Assembly: GCA_965644265.1 (NCBI GenBank)
Contig: OZ286462.1
Span: 89,652,001-89,716,000, forward strand
Source: Glycera tridactyla
Taxonomy: Eukaryota
Direction of reading: 5' to 3'
Length of the DNA: 64,000 nt
Below the pieces are notes generated by a model. The model searched no databases and had not been told where the DNA came from. It worked only from the letters and a program-made list of their open reading frames with translations. Each line of letters begins with the position of its first letter. The first letter of the stretch is position 1. The position numbers were made by a program, and so were the translations under genes. Shown piece after piece: positions 24,208 to 33,892 of the stretch.

Positions 24208-24630
24208 TTAGGTCAAATATGAAATTTCAATGCCACTGGTGATCCTGGCAGAACCTAACCACCTATGATGTCATAAATGAACGATATGTGCCATCTATGA
24301 CATAACAGACAAGTGATGTCATAGTGAAGGTCACAGAGTGGCAGCCATGGACTGAGTTTGTTATTTCTGCATGGTTGCTATGGTTCCCATTGTTCCTCAA
24401 TCATGTGACCAAAACGAGCGCTTGGAACCATGTTTTAACACCTTATACTGGTGGCCCCTCATGTCGTTAATGCAGATTTTGGTACATTTGATTGTGTATC
24501 CAACACCTATTCAGACATTGATTTCTTGAACAAGATGATAACAACTTTCCCCCAACTGAAGTTAGTAATGATTGAGGAGAGAACTTGACCATTAATTCGA
24601 GTTGCATTCTGATGCCAAAACCATCACCTT

Positions 24631-25029
24631 GGTTGCCATGGCAACCATGAATTTCATATCATTTTTTCATATATGTCCCTGGCGCCATGTCTTCTGTATA
24701 TTTACATGGATGATTTGTTCTTGATGATGTAGAGGGACTTGACCATGATCTTTCGAAACATGTATGTTTTTGAGATAGGACTTTCTCATGATGATATTTG
24801 ACATTATATACACAAAAATATGCATTTTTCCGATTTTATTCGACTTGGAAATCTAATCCTGACAAAAACAATTCAAAAATAAAAAACATACATCATTGAT
24901 ATTGCATTAATGATGTTCCTTTATGAAATGGAATCATCATTTAGGGAGTTGACATGAAGGAGACATGGCGCCAGGTCAAAATGAGTGATTTTTCATTGAA
25001 ATTTAGGTAGCCTGGTTGCCATGGCAACC
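24631..25029. repeat. ~400-bp inverted-repeat (MITE-like) element with GGTTGCCATGGCAACC palindromes at both ends
   Basis: 16-bp palindromes at 24631-24646 and 25014-25029. Inner perfect 15-bp inverted pair at 24678-24692 / 24961-24975. Confidence 0.6.
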
Positions 25030-27624
25030 GTTGCCATGGCTTTGAACTCTTTCATTAGGACAATACATTGATACAAAATCATCTTTCCATTATGTTACCT
25101 AATCTTGCCAAACACTAAATACATCTAATACTGAATTTCTAACTTTTACAACATAGCAAACTGCATTAAAGACATGAGCCTGGTAATGGTTGAATTCAAC
25201 TCAACAGGACCATTGAAAATGGAGACATTTTCTCACATGTTTGGAATTGGCCTGATGATGCAATGGTCAAATTGCGAAAGCTGCATGCTTCAGCCAGGAT
25301 TAGTCAGTGAAGTGACTGGAGGTGGTCCTGAAAAATCAACGAGGGTAAAGTTTAAGTTGGACTTTGGTTTGTTTCTACACATTCATAGACTGAAGGAGAC
25401 TAACTCTGTCCTATCCAAATGTGATGGGTACCTCTCATGCAATATATTCATCAATTTTCATCTGATCTGACTTTAATGGCACAAATGATTGTGCATTCTG
25501 TAGGCCTATGAAAAGAATACGCTATCATTTTATTGCATTTATATGGCGAATCCGCTGGCATTATCGTCTGATCTTCCCTACTTGTAGACATGACTGCCAC
25601 ATGAGCAGTGAAAGCAGCGTGTAACTGACACATTTGGCGTTAAAGAGTGAAATATATGAAGGAACTTTGCCAAGATTGCATTTCAAGTCGCCGGAGATGT
25701 CAACGATGTCTGTCAATGAGTTTCATTTCAGTCCGATGCAAATTCGCGATGCTATGGTGAAAAACGTACCCGCCATGATTATACTTGACAGACTTCACCT
25801 GAGTTAGAAGTTAGTGGAATGAAGTGGGAAAACTACCGGTCGTGTTCAAACATTACGGGGAGCCATCTCAGCTTAGTAAACATCCCTCTCGTTTCATAGA
25901 GTAATGATATATGTGCCGTTGGTGATCGATATGTTTTACATTTCCACAAGCAGATACATGTTGGTAAACTTTGTCAATCAATCAATTGATCAATCATCCA
26001 ATATTCTGGAGACAGATTCGTGATAAGTTGTGGAACTTTCATGATACACCAAACGGCTCAAACACAAGTATGACTAGATAGTGAACTTGATCCCTGGGTG
26101 TCGGTCGCCAGGCATGGAAATTCCACAAAATATTGGATGATTTCTGGGAATGTAATTTGTACATTCCGATGGTGTATTGTGAAACATGGATTCATCCCCT
26201 CATGATATCTGTTTGATCATTATACAGTGCTTGCCGACTAGGGCATCAAGGGCCGCCTGTATGAGTGTCTTTCATGCTGCGTGCAACTAAAAGATCTACG
26301 GTATGCTGTAAATTTGTAAGGAGTAGGGCAAGTGCTCTATTCTTCAGACAACAGGTATTTTTTCATGAACAAGAATTGAAAAATACCAAGAATGAATACA
26401 AAAGTATGGATACCAAAAATATGTTCTCTTTGACATTCTTTTATCACTCCAATGTTTCACGGGACTATGTTTTATAACTGATCATATCTTCAGTCTTGAA
26501 TAATTCTGCCTGGATTGAAGAGACGTTAAGCTCTAGTCAATCAATCAATCAATCAATAGTTCAATCAATCAATCAATCTCATTGATGTTCAGTTTTCTGG
26601 TGGATGACTGGTCGGCAAGTAAGCCGTGTCGACAACTCTATTGTTCTCATAAATGGTTTCTTGATGGCGGTAAGTACACGTTGACATCTATTTATGGCGT
26701 GATATAAGAACTAATCGCAGCCACTCAGACTTGTATTATTAGGCATAATACTTGGATAATCAAGGCTGTAGTAGTGGCAGTCCACAGCACACACTCACCA
26801 GCCTGATAAATGGCCACCAACCATTGACAGCAGCTACAGTCTAATCTGATTTACATGCAACTACATCTCTCTCTTTCATTCATAAACAAACACTGTCTGC
26901 ATAACATGAAAGAGCCATGGGCATTATCTGTTCAGGGTTTGTGTGAGGGATGTCTGCAGGGGACAGGACATGTAGTTTGTATTGACTGGGAGCACACAGC
27001 ATATATTATCAGCTTGGTCGATACATGCTGTTAAACCACAAACAAACAAATTGATTGCCTTCAGTGTATATTTGTGTGTGGCTGTGTGTGTGTATCAGTG
27101 CATGTGCAATGAGAGAAATCCAGGAAGAGACTTCTTCCACAAGGCAGCTCTGATATTTGACTTATTTAAATATGCCTCCAACAAGAGACCACCCCTTTCT
27201 AAAGACAACTCTAAAGTGGTCTTTTTTTTCTGTCTCACAAGGAAGATTACTCAGTCACAGATGCTCTCACTGAAGACTTGAAATTTTGTTGTGATCTGGG
27301 AAATTTACCAAAAAAAGTGGTGTGACTGAAAACAGAAGAGACTATAGTGGGATTAATGTGAGACATAAATCTATGTATAATGTGTGTGATCAGGCTGTAG
27401 AACATGTACTACCATGACATGTACTCCCATATTCACACCTTGAGTCTGACTGTGAATTGCATGACATGTGCTCCCATATTGACACTTGGACACTGCTACA
27501 AGTTCACAGTGTTTTACATCCTTCCATAGTACATCTATGGCATTGTGCTTGCTCATATACTCACACAGATACTTGATACATATAACCTTTTTTCATATTA
27601 GAACACAAAATAAATGAACATGTC

Positions 27625-30600
27625 TTATTTTCCCATTTTATTTAGCCCATAGGGTACAAAGCTTCTGAGTTGGTATATCCAATTTCTCTCTCGTCTTCTT
27701 CTTTTCATGGTCGTGTCTTGGTCTTCATAACTGGGGATGGCCTCAAGTATGTAGGACTCAAAATCCTTTCTTTTTCGATGTTTCGTGTTGAAGTGAACTG
27801 CCACGGGCTTGTCTCGGTTGTGGCGGATGTCAGCGTCGTGTTCCTTATATCTCGTTGCGAATGCTCTCTTTGTTTCACCAACATATTGCATTTTGTGTTC
27901 TGGACAGTATAGTAAATATACAACATTGCTTGTTTGGCAATTCACAGTTTGTTTTAATATGTGTTGTTGATCTGTGTTAGGGCAGTGGAATGTTCTCCTT
28001 CTGCGTAGTTCATTGCAAATGTTGCAAGCTGGTTTTCTGCATTTAGCATCTGATATTTTCGGTGGTTCTCTTCTTTGGTTAGTCGGTGGGTATTCGACTT
28101 CTGCTCTGATCAGCATTTCTTTGATGTTTTTGCATCTTCTGTATGCCACTAGTGGTCTTGGGCCAACTAACTCCCTTGTGATTGGTGAGTTGCGTAGAAT
28201 GTGCCAGTTCTTTTTTAGTATTTTTGTCAAGTTTGGTATGCCCTGTCCATATGTCGTGACGAGGGGTAGTTTTTGTGCCTGTTCCTTCTTTCTTCTTTGT
28301 TGTAAAGGGTCCATTAAGGACTCTCTCGTTATCTTTTCAACCTTATTAAGTGAGTCTTGTAATTGTGTGGGGTTATACCCCTGTTTCTTGAAATGTTGTG
28401 TCATGTTTGAGCTGTGCGTGGAGAAATCTTCTTCCTTGGTGCATATTCGTCTGAGTCTTAAATATTGACTGAATGGGAGAGCACTTTTACAGTGGTCAGG
28501 GTGATGTGATTGTGCTGGTAGATAGTTATGTGAATCAGTTGGTTTACTATAGAGGTCTGTGTAGATTTCGTTTGTATGGGGGTCGATTTTGACCTTGGTG
28601 TCCAGAAAAATGATTTCTTCCTTGCCATTTTCTGCTGTGAATTTTATTGTTGTGTGGAAGTTGTTGCAATGTGCAATGAAATTGTCTAGATCAGAGACTG
28701 AGTGGTTCCATATCATGAATATGTCATCAATGTATCTCAAGAAGATATATGGTTGTTTGTTTGATTGAGCCAACATTTTTGTTTCCAAGTCTGCCATGAA
28801 GAGGCATGCATAGGTGGGGGCTACCTTGGTGCCCATGGCGGTGCCGCCTATTTGTAGGTAATGCTTGCCGTTGAATTCGAAATTGTTCTTATGTAGAACC
28901 ATTTCTAGTAGTTTTATTATTGTGTAGTTTGGGATGAGTAGTTTTTTATTTCTTATTATGTTTGAAATGGCTTTTAAGCCATCCCCGTTCGGAATGTTTG
29001 TGTAGAGTGAGGTGACGTCCATGGTCACCAGTATTGTATTCTCTGGAATATTCATATTGTGTATGATCTTCACAAATTCTGTGGTGTCTTTGACATATGA
29101 TTTTATTTTTGGTACAAATGGTTTTAGAATTTCATCCACGAAACTGGATATTCTCTCAGTTGGGCAGTTATTCCCACTAATGATTGGTCTCCCCGGTATG
29201 TTCTTCTTGTGTATTTTCGGGAGCAGGTAAAATCTTGCTGTTCTTGGTTCATATTTGGTTAAAGTTTGTGCCAGTTTGGCATCCAAGTAGCCTAATGCGA
29301 CTAGTTGCTCTATGTATTTTGTTATTTGGTCACCATGGTGGGTGGTAAGATCTTCTGTGACAGGAAGGTAGAAATTGTCATCTTGTAATTGGCGTTCTGC
29401 CTCTCGGATGTAGTCAGTGGTGTTCATGATTACCACTGCTCCTCCTTTATCTGCATTCTTAATCGTGATTTCTTTATTGTTAAAGAGATTGTTTATGGCC
29501 TCTCTTTGACAAGAAGGCATGTTTGATTTGTATGTGATGTTGTTCATGTTGTTTAGTATGTCATTTCTGCATGCTATTGTGAAAGCTTCTATGCATTCGT
29601 CGTTCAGGGGTGGTTCCCATGTACTTCTGATTTTAAAATTCTTTCTCAGTGCTCTGGTTATTTCTGAGGCGTCAGTGACTTCCTGTTCTTGGTCTCTAAA
29701 GAAAACTCTAAGTTTCATTTTCCTGATATATTCTTGGAAATCATCCATGATATCTACTATTTCTGATTGTCTGGGTGTAGGGCAAAACTTCAGTGTTCTA
29801 CTCAAAGCATTGATTTCTGTTTCTGATGGTTCATAATTCAAGATATTAACGACAGATCCGTCATTGTACGATTCAATATTTTTATTTGTTTGTAAGATAT
29901 TTACAGCTGCTGCGGGTGGTGGTTCTTCATCCACAATGTGGATTAACGGCGGTATCTGCGTTGTTTCATGGCCCGAATGAGGCTCAAGATGTCTTCTTCC
30001 GAATCTGTTCGGTTGTTTCTCCTGGGATTCCCCCATTGTTGGCTTCTCGGTTGGCCTCTGTTCAACGGGCGGGGGGGGTCTTCTCTCTCTCGCTTGCCCG
30101 GGTGCCTCTTCCAGGCGACTTCGTTTGGAATCGGGTGCATCCTTCGCTATGACTTCGGACAGGTATGTCAGGGTCTTCTGCTTCTGTTCTTCGGTTTCGA
30201 TCGTGGACAGCATGGCTTGTTTCTTCTCGGCGAGTCGGCCTTGTAAACTCTGTAATTCTCGGTTGGCTCTGTCTCCCAGAGATACCATGAGCTTTATGCT
30301 GAAATCTCTTCCCAGTCTTGTCCATTCTTCCATGAACTCTGGTTCATTCGCTCCAAAGGCTGGTTTGATGTGTACTTTTAGTCCTATCGGGATCGTATTC
30401 TTCTCAATGGAGTCTGTCAGGAAGTTCAAGTGGTTTGTCACTTTGGCCTCCCTGACTGCTAGTTTTCTCACCTCCCTGAAGAGAGGGAATGCGATGTCTG
30501 GAACGACTTTGTACTCAGAAGTCTCTCTCTTCCTCTTCTTGGATACTTGGAAGTTGGCATTGGATGCTGATCCTTGAACCACTGTGTTTACACTAACAGT

Positions 30601-30711
30601 GCTGCTACTGGCTGTCACTGTGTCTTGAACCACTCTGGTAGTGCTTGTAGAAGCTGCCAACTTCCAACGTGCTAGCTTGTCTGCCAGCTCATCACTGCCG
30701 ATTGTAGACAT
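27625..30711 (-). CDS. Penelope-like RT + C-terminal GIY-YIG endonuclease, 1028 aa from first ATG
   Basis: RT motifs FYLLPKIHK, PGRPIIS, MDVTSLYTNIP, GTAMGTKVAP, RYIDDIF. Cys-rich linker CRKPACNIC. Endonuclease NVVYLLYC...QYVGET...EH, and terminal WIYQLRSFVPYGLN typical of the Neptune group. The ORF-track start at 30846 is a TTG. Confidence 0.97.
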   Translation of the reverse strand: MSTIGSDELADKLARWKLAASTSTTRVVQDTVTASSSTVSVNTVVQGSASNANFQVSKKRKRETSEYKVVPDIAFPLFREVRKLAVREAKVTNHLNFLTDSIEKNTIPIGLKVHIKPAFGANEPEFMEEWTRLGRDFSIKLMVSLGDRANRELQSLQGRLAEKKQAMLSTIETEEQKQKTLTYLSEVIAKDAPDSKRSRLEEAPGQARERRPPPPVEQRPTEKPTMGESQEKQPNRFGRRHLEPHSGHETTQIPPLIHIVDEEPPPAAAVNILQTNKNIESYNDGSVVNILNYEPSETEINALSRTLKFCPTPRQSEIVDIMDDFQEYIRKMKLRVFFRDQEQEVTDASEITRALRKNFKIRSTWEPPLNDECIEAFTIACRNDILNNMNNITYKSNMPSCQREAINNLFNNKEITIKNADKGGAVVIMNTTDYIREAERQLQDDNFYLPVTEDLTTHHGDQITKYIEQLVALGYLDAKLAQTLTKYEPRTARFYLLPKIHKKNIPGRPIISGNNCPTERISSFVDEILKPFVPKIKSYVKDTTEFVKIIHNMNIPENTILVTMDVTSLYTNIPNGDGLKAISNIIRNKKLLIPNYTIIKLLEMVLHKNNFEFNGKHYLQIGGTAMGTKVAPTYACLFMADLETKMLAQSNKQPYIFLRYIDDIFMIWNHSVSDLDNFIAHCNNFHTTIKFTAENGKEEIIFLDTKVKIDPHTNEIYTDLYSKPTDSHNYLPAQSHHPDHCKSALPFSQYLRLRRICTKEEDFSTHSSNMTQHFKKQGYNPTQLQDSLNKVEKITRESLMDPLQQRRKKEQAQKLPLVTTYGQGIPNLTKILKKNWHILRNSPITRELVGPRPLVAYRRCKNIKEMLIRAEVEYPPTNQRREPPKISDAKCRKPACNICNELRRRRTFHCPNTDQQHILKQTVNCQTSNVVYLLYCPEHKMQYVGETKRAFATRYKEHDADIRHNRDKPVAVHFNTKHRKRKDFESYILEAIPSYEDQDTTMKRRRRERNWIYQLRSFVPYGLNKMGK

Positions 30712-30848
30712 TGAGGAGTCAGTATCGGTATCAAAAGCACTAAGGCAATAAAAGAATATATGTGGTTTGATACTGGTCCTGCAATGTGCTGATAATGTGG
30801 GGTGATGTCCCTTTGCAAATTGGGGTTTGACAATATGTCTAACCAAAT

Positions 30849-30887
30849 GTCTGACTAGTTTCGCTCGGTCGGAGCTTCATCAGAGAC
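30849..30887 (-). ncRNA. Minimal type I hammerhead ribozyme
   Basis: Minus-strand RNA GUCU-CUGAUGA-A-GCUC(CGACC)GAGC-GAAAC-UA-GUC|AGAC. It has the full catalytic core, 4-bp helices I and II, a palindromic minimal helix III (ACUAGU) and a GUC cleavage triplet (cut between 30853 and 30852). Confidence 0.9.
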
Positions 30888-30990
30888 TGAGCATTCTGAC
30901 TTGTGCACTCTCTTATATAGCCTGACTGTCTGTGGTTGCTACCTGGCTGTGATTGGCCATTGCTGGGTGTGTGCTTGGTTCTGATTGGCT
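30886..30990 (-). promoter_or_regulatory. Internal RNA polymerase II promoter of the Penelope RT ORF (CCAAT x2, TATA, Inr)
   Basis: Minus strand: AGCCAATCAG and GGCCAATCAC (ATTGG at 30984 and 30952, 32 bp apart), TATATAAG starting at 30919, and TCAGT with its A at 30888, 31 nt downstream of the TATA. Confidence 0.7.
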
Positions 30991-30997
30991 GACGGTG

Positions 30998-31264
30998 TGT
31001 CCGGTGTGTCCGGTTCTGTGTCCGGTGTGTCCGGTGGGTGTCCGGTGTGTCCGGTTTTTGTCCGGGGTGTCCGGATTTGTGTCCGGTGTGTCCGGTTTGG
31101 TGTCCGGTGTGTCCGGTTAAGCGGTGGTGTGTCCGGCAAGTGTCCGGTGTCCGGTGGTGTCCGGGAATGTCCGGGAGGTGTCCGGTTTGGTCTTTGTTTA
31201 CTCTAGTGTCCGGAATTTGGACCCTGAGTGTCCGGTATGTTTATGTTGTGTCCGGTGTGTCCGG
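30998..31264. repeat. Array of ~22 invariant TGTCCGG heptamers with variable spacers
   Basis: Counted by eye. Cores are mostly 7-12 nt apart, immediately upstream of the promoter. Confidence 0.92.
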
Positions 31265-31811
31265 CAATGTGTTATTTTCCGTTTGTTTGGTTATATATGT
31301 TCTCGTATGTACATATTGTTTATCCCATTGTTTTTGGGTATGTTGATAGGCTGCTTTGGCCATTGTGTTACATGTTATGTTTGTAATAATATGTTTTGTT
31401 ATGTATTGTTGTTCATATTTTTTTGGAAGGATGTCTTTGTTGGATTTATTATATGACGATGTTACATCAGCACTTTTGGGTGTTGTGGAAATGTTGATTG
31501 AGTTTGGGAAAAATTTCCCATGCCAATATACTGGTTTCGGATTATTCCTACTTGTTGGATGGTAATGGTTCTCTCACAGAATGGACTCTTACATTCTCAA
31601 TATGATGAGACTGTTTCCAGGAATGATGGTATGTATTTTTGAATTGCAGGGATTGTGGTAGTCCCACATTCTGTTGTCTCTCATTTTGGTGAACTTACCT
31701 TGTGTCAATGGCAGGCATATGGTGTATATTTTTGGTGGTAGACCAACACAAAAATATCTGATTTTTTCTTACCTTGTGGTGGTTTATGAGATGTGGTGTT
31801 GTGATGGTTGT

Positions 31812-32324
31812 CTAATCGCGTTGGCCATGCAGGATGCATTTAGGGAGTACCAGATGGTCCAGGCGGCGTATCGCCTCTCTGAGTGTCTTGGTTGTATGTG
31901 TTTTCAGTTTTTCAAAGTCTACATGTGGGGTTCCTTGGCCCTCCGCATATGTGGTTCCATTGTTGCTTACGAGATTGTCCTCTGGATTGATTATAAGGGT
32001 AGGTGTGTTGATGTGAAAATAATTCCTCTTTGTTTGGTAATGAGTGGTATTACTCGGTGTTGAGATAAAGCCCCTTTTGAGGGGTGATGTCAGGAGGGAG
32101 GCTGTTCCAGTTTTTGGTGGTGTGGCGGCTGTGGTGCTTATTTGGTGCTTTTTTAGGATATGTCTCTTGAGATCATCGCTGTTTCGGTATTGCTTGCTGC
32201 AAGTATTGCATGCAATCCTGCTTGTCCTGTGTATAATTCGGAAGTGTTTGTGGCAGCCACTTTTGCTTTTAAAGACCTTCCCACATTCGGGATAAGTGCA
32301 TGCATATACGTTCACTCCTTCCAT
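31812..32324 (-). CDS. 170-aa protein with two N-terminal C2H2 zinc fingers, located inside the Penelope element
   Basis: CTYPECGKVFKSKSGCHKHFRIIH and CNTCSKQYRNSDDLKRHILKKH match C-x2/4-C-x12-H-x4-H. ATG start with an upstream in-frame stop, uninterrupted ORF, same strand as RT. Confidence 0.85.
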   Translation of the reverse strand: MEGVNVYACTYPECGKVFKSKSGCHKHFRIIHRTSRIACNTCSKQYRNSDDLKRHILKKHQISTTAATPPKTGTASLLTSPLKRGFISTPSNTTHYQTKRNYFHINTPTLIINPEDNLVSNNGTTYAEGQGTPHVDFEKLKTHTTKTLREAIRRLDHLVLPKCILHGQRD

Positions 32325-32859
32325 CGGGAACTGGTGTGTTGTGTTTGTTTGTTTTTTGTTTACATCATCTCATGGTGATTTTTGGTTGTTGTTGGTTATT
32401 TGTTTGTTTGTTTATGACGTCACAGTGTGTCTGTGATGCGTGTCGTGGTTCTTATGTTGTCAGAGGGACCTCGTATCAGTTTGTTGACATGTTACCATGG
32501 TTGCGATTGTTGCGTCATAGGACCGGCAATTGTGATGTCATAGTTTATTGTTAGGCGCGCGTTTCCGCGTGTCGCGTTGTGTTTATGTTCCCGGCGTGTG
32601 TGCCTTGTGTCTGCCTTGACACAGAAGTGGATATATTTCATGTTTTGTAAGTGTTTACATGTGTTATATTGATTGATCCATGTGTCATAACGTTTGTATT
32701 TTGTGGTGTGTTCGTGGATACTTCCTGGATGTCTTTATTGCTCTTTTGGAAGCCAAAAACATCGGTGCAATGCATGTCAAATGAGGGGTGCCACATGGTC
32801 AGTGGATTGGTGCTGGGAAATTCTCAGATCATGTTCTCAAATGGCATATAGCCTCAATA

Positions 32860-32959
32860 GAACACAAAATAAATGAACATGTCTTATTTTCCCATTTTAT
32901 TTAGCCCATAGGGTACAAAGCTTCTGAGTTGGTATATCCAATTTCTCTCTCGTCTTCTT
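32860..32959 (-). repeat. 5' terminal redundancy (pseudo-LTR): copy of the last ~25 codons and short 3' tail of the Penelope ORF
   Basis: Identical to 27601-27700 (offset 5259 bp). Confidence 0.95.
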
Positions 32960-33100
32960 TTTTCATATTACATGAGCAATTTGAGTTGAGTATTTGCCCA
33001 CTCTGTGGACTTGGCCTGATGCCTTCCTTACATTTCCAGAATTTTGATGAGACTGATATATTCATCTTTACTTGGACTAATATCAACCGCCCATATGTCG

Positions 33101-33892
33101 GTACTCAGTGCATGCTGACTCAATACTCAGTGCATGCTGACTCTATACTCAGTACATACTGACTCAGTACTCGGTGCATGCTGACTCAGTACTCTGTGCA
33201 TGCTGACTCAGTACTCTGTGCATGCTGACTCAGTACTCGGTGCATGCTGACTCAGTACCCAGTGCATGCTGACTCAGTACTCGGTGCATGCTGACTCAGT
33301 ACTCGGTGCATGCTGACTCAGTACTCAGTGCATGCTGACTCAGTACTCGGTGCATGCTGACTCAGTACTCGGTGCATGCTGACTCAGTACTCGGTGCATG
33401 CTGACTCAGTACTCGGTGCATGCTGACTCAGTACTCGGTGCATGCTGATTCAGTACTCGGTGCATGCTGACTCAGTACTCAGTGCATGCTGACTCAGTGC
33501 TCAGTGCATACTGACCCAGTACTCAGTGCATGCTGACCCAGTACTCAGTGCATACTGACTCAGTACTCGGTGCGTGCTGACCCAGTACTCAGTGCATGCT
33601 TACCCAGTACTCAGTGCATACTGACTCAGTACTCAGTGCATACTGACTCAGTACTCAGTGCATGCTGACTCAGTACTCAGTGCATGCTGACTCAGTACTC
33701 AGTGCATGCTGAATTGATACTCAGTGCATGCTGACTCAGTACTCGGTGCATGCTGACCCAGTACTCAGTGCATACTGACTCAGTACTCAGTGCATGCTGA
33801 CCCAGTGCTCTGTGCATGCTGACCCAGTACTCGGTGCATGCTGACCCAGTACTCAGTGCATACTGACTCAGTACTCAGTGCATGCTGACTCA
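33101..33892 (+). repeat. 22-bp minisatellite, ~36 copies
   Basis: Unit CTCAGTACTC(A/G)GTGCATGCTGA with variants. Confidence 0.96.

Larger units (their letters stand above)
27601..32956 (-). mobile_element. Penelope-like retroelement (Neptune-like), TSD-bounded, with an accessory zinc-finger ORF and a hammerhead ribozyme
   Basis: 14-bp direct repeat CTTTTTTCATATTA at 27587-27600 and 32957-32970. 100-bp terminal redundancy (27601-27700 = 32860-32959). Intact RT-GIY-YIG ORF. Uniform A/C-rich sense-strand bias across the whole span. Confidence 0.93.

Noticed and set aside
27670-30577. Multiple plus-strand ORFs antisense to the Penelope ORF (and minus-strand ORFs over the DIRS ORFs)
   Set aside because: Shadow frames caused by strand compositional bias; no motifs.
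30712-30846. N-terminal 45 residues of the 1073-aa ORF-track protein
   Set aside because: Starts at TTG within or next to the ribozyme and 5' UTR; the first ATG is at 30711.
30939-31456. Pro/Thr/Asp- or Cys/Val-rich ORFs over the TGTCCGG array
   Set aside because: Translations of the repeat array, open in several frames.
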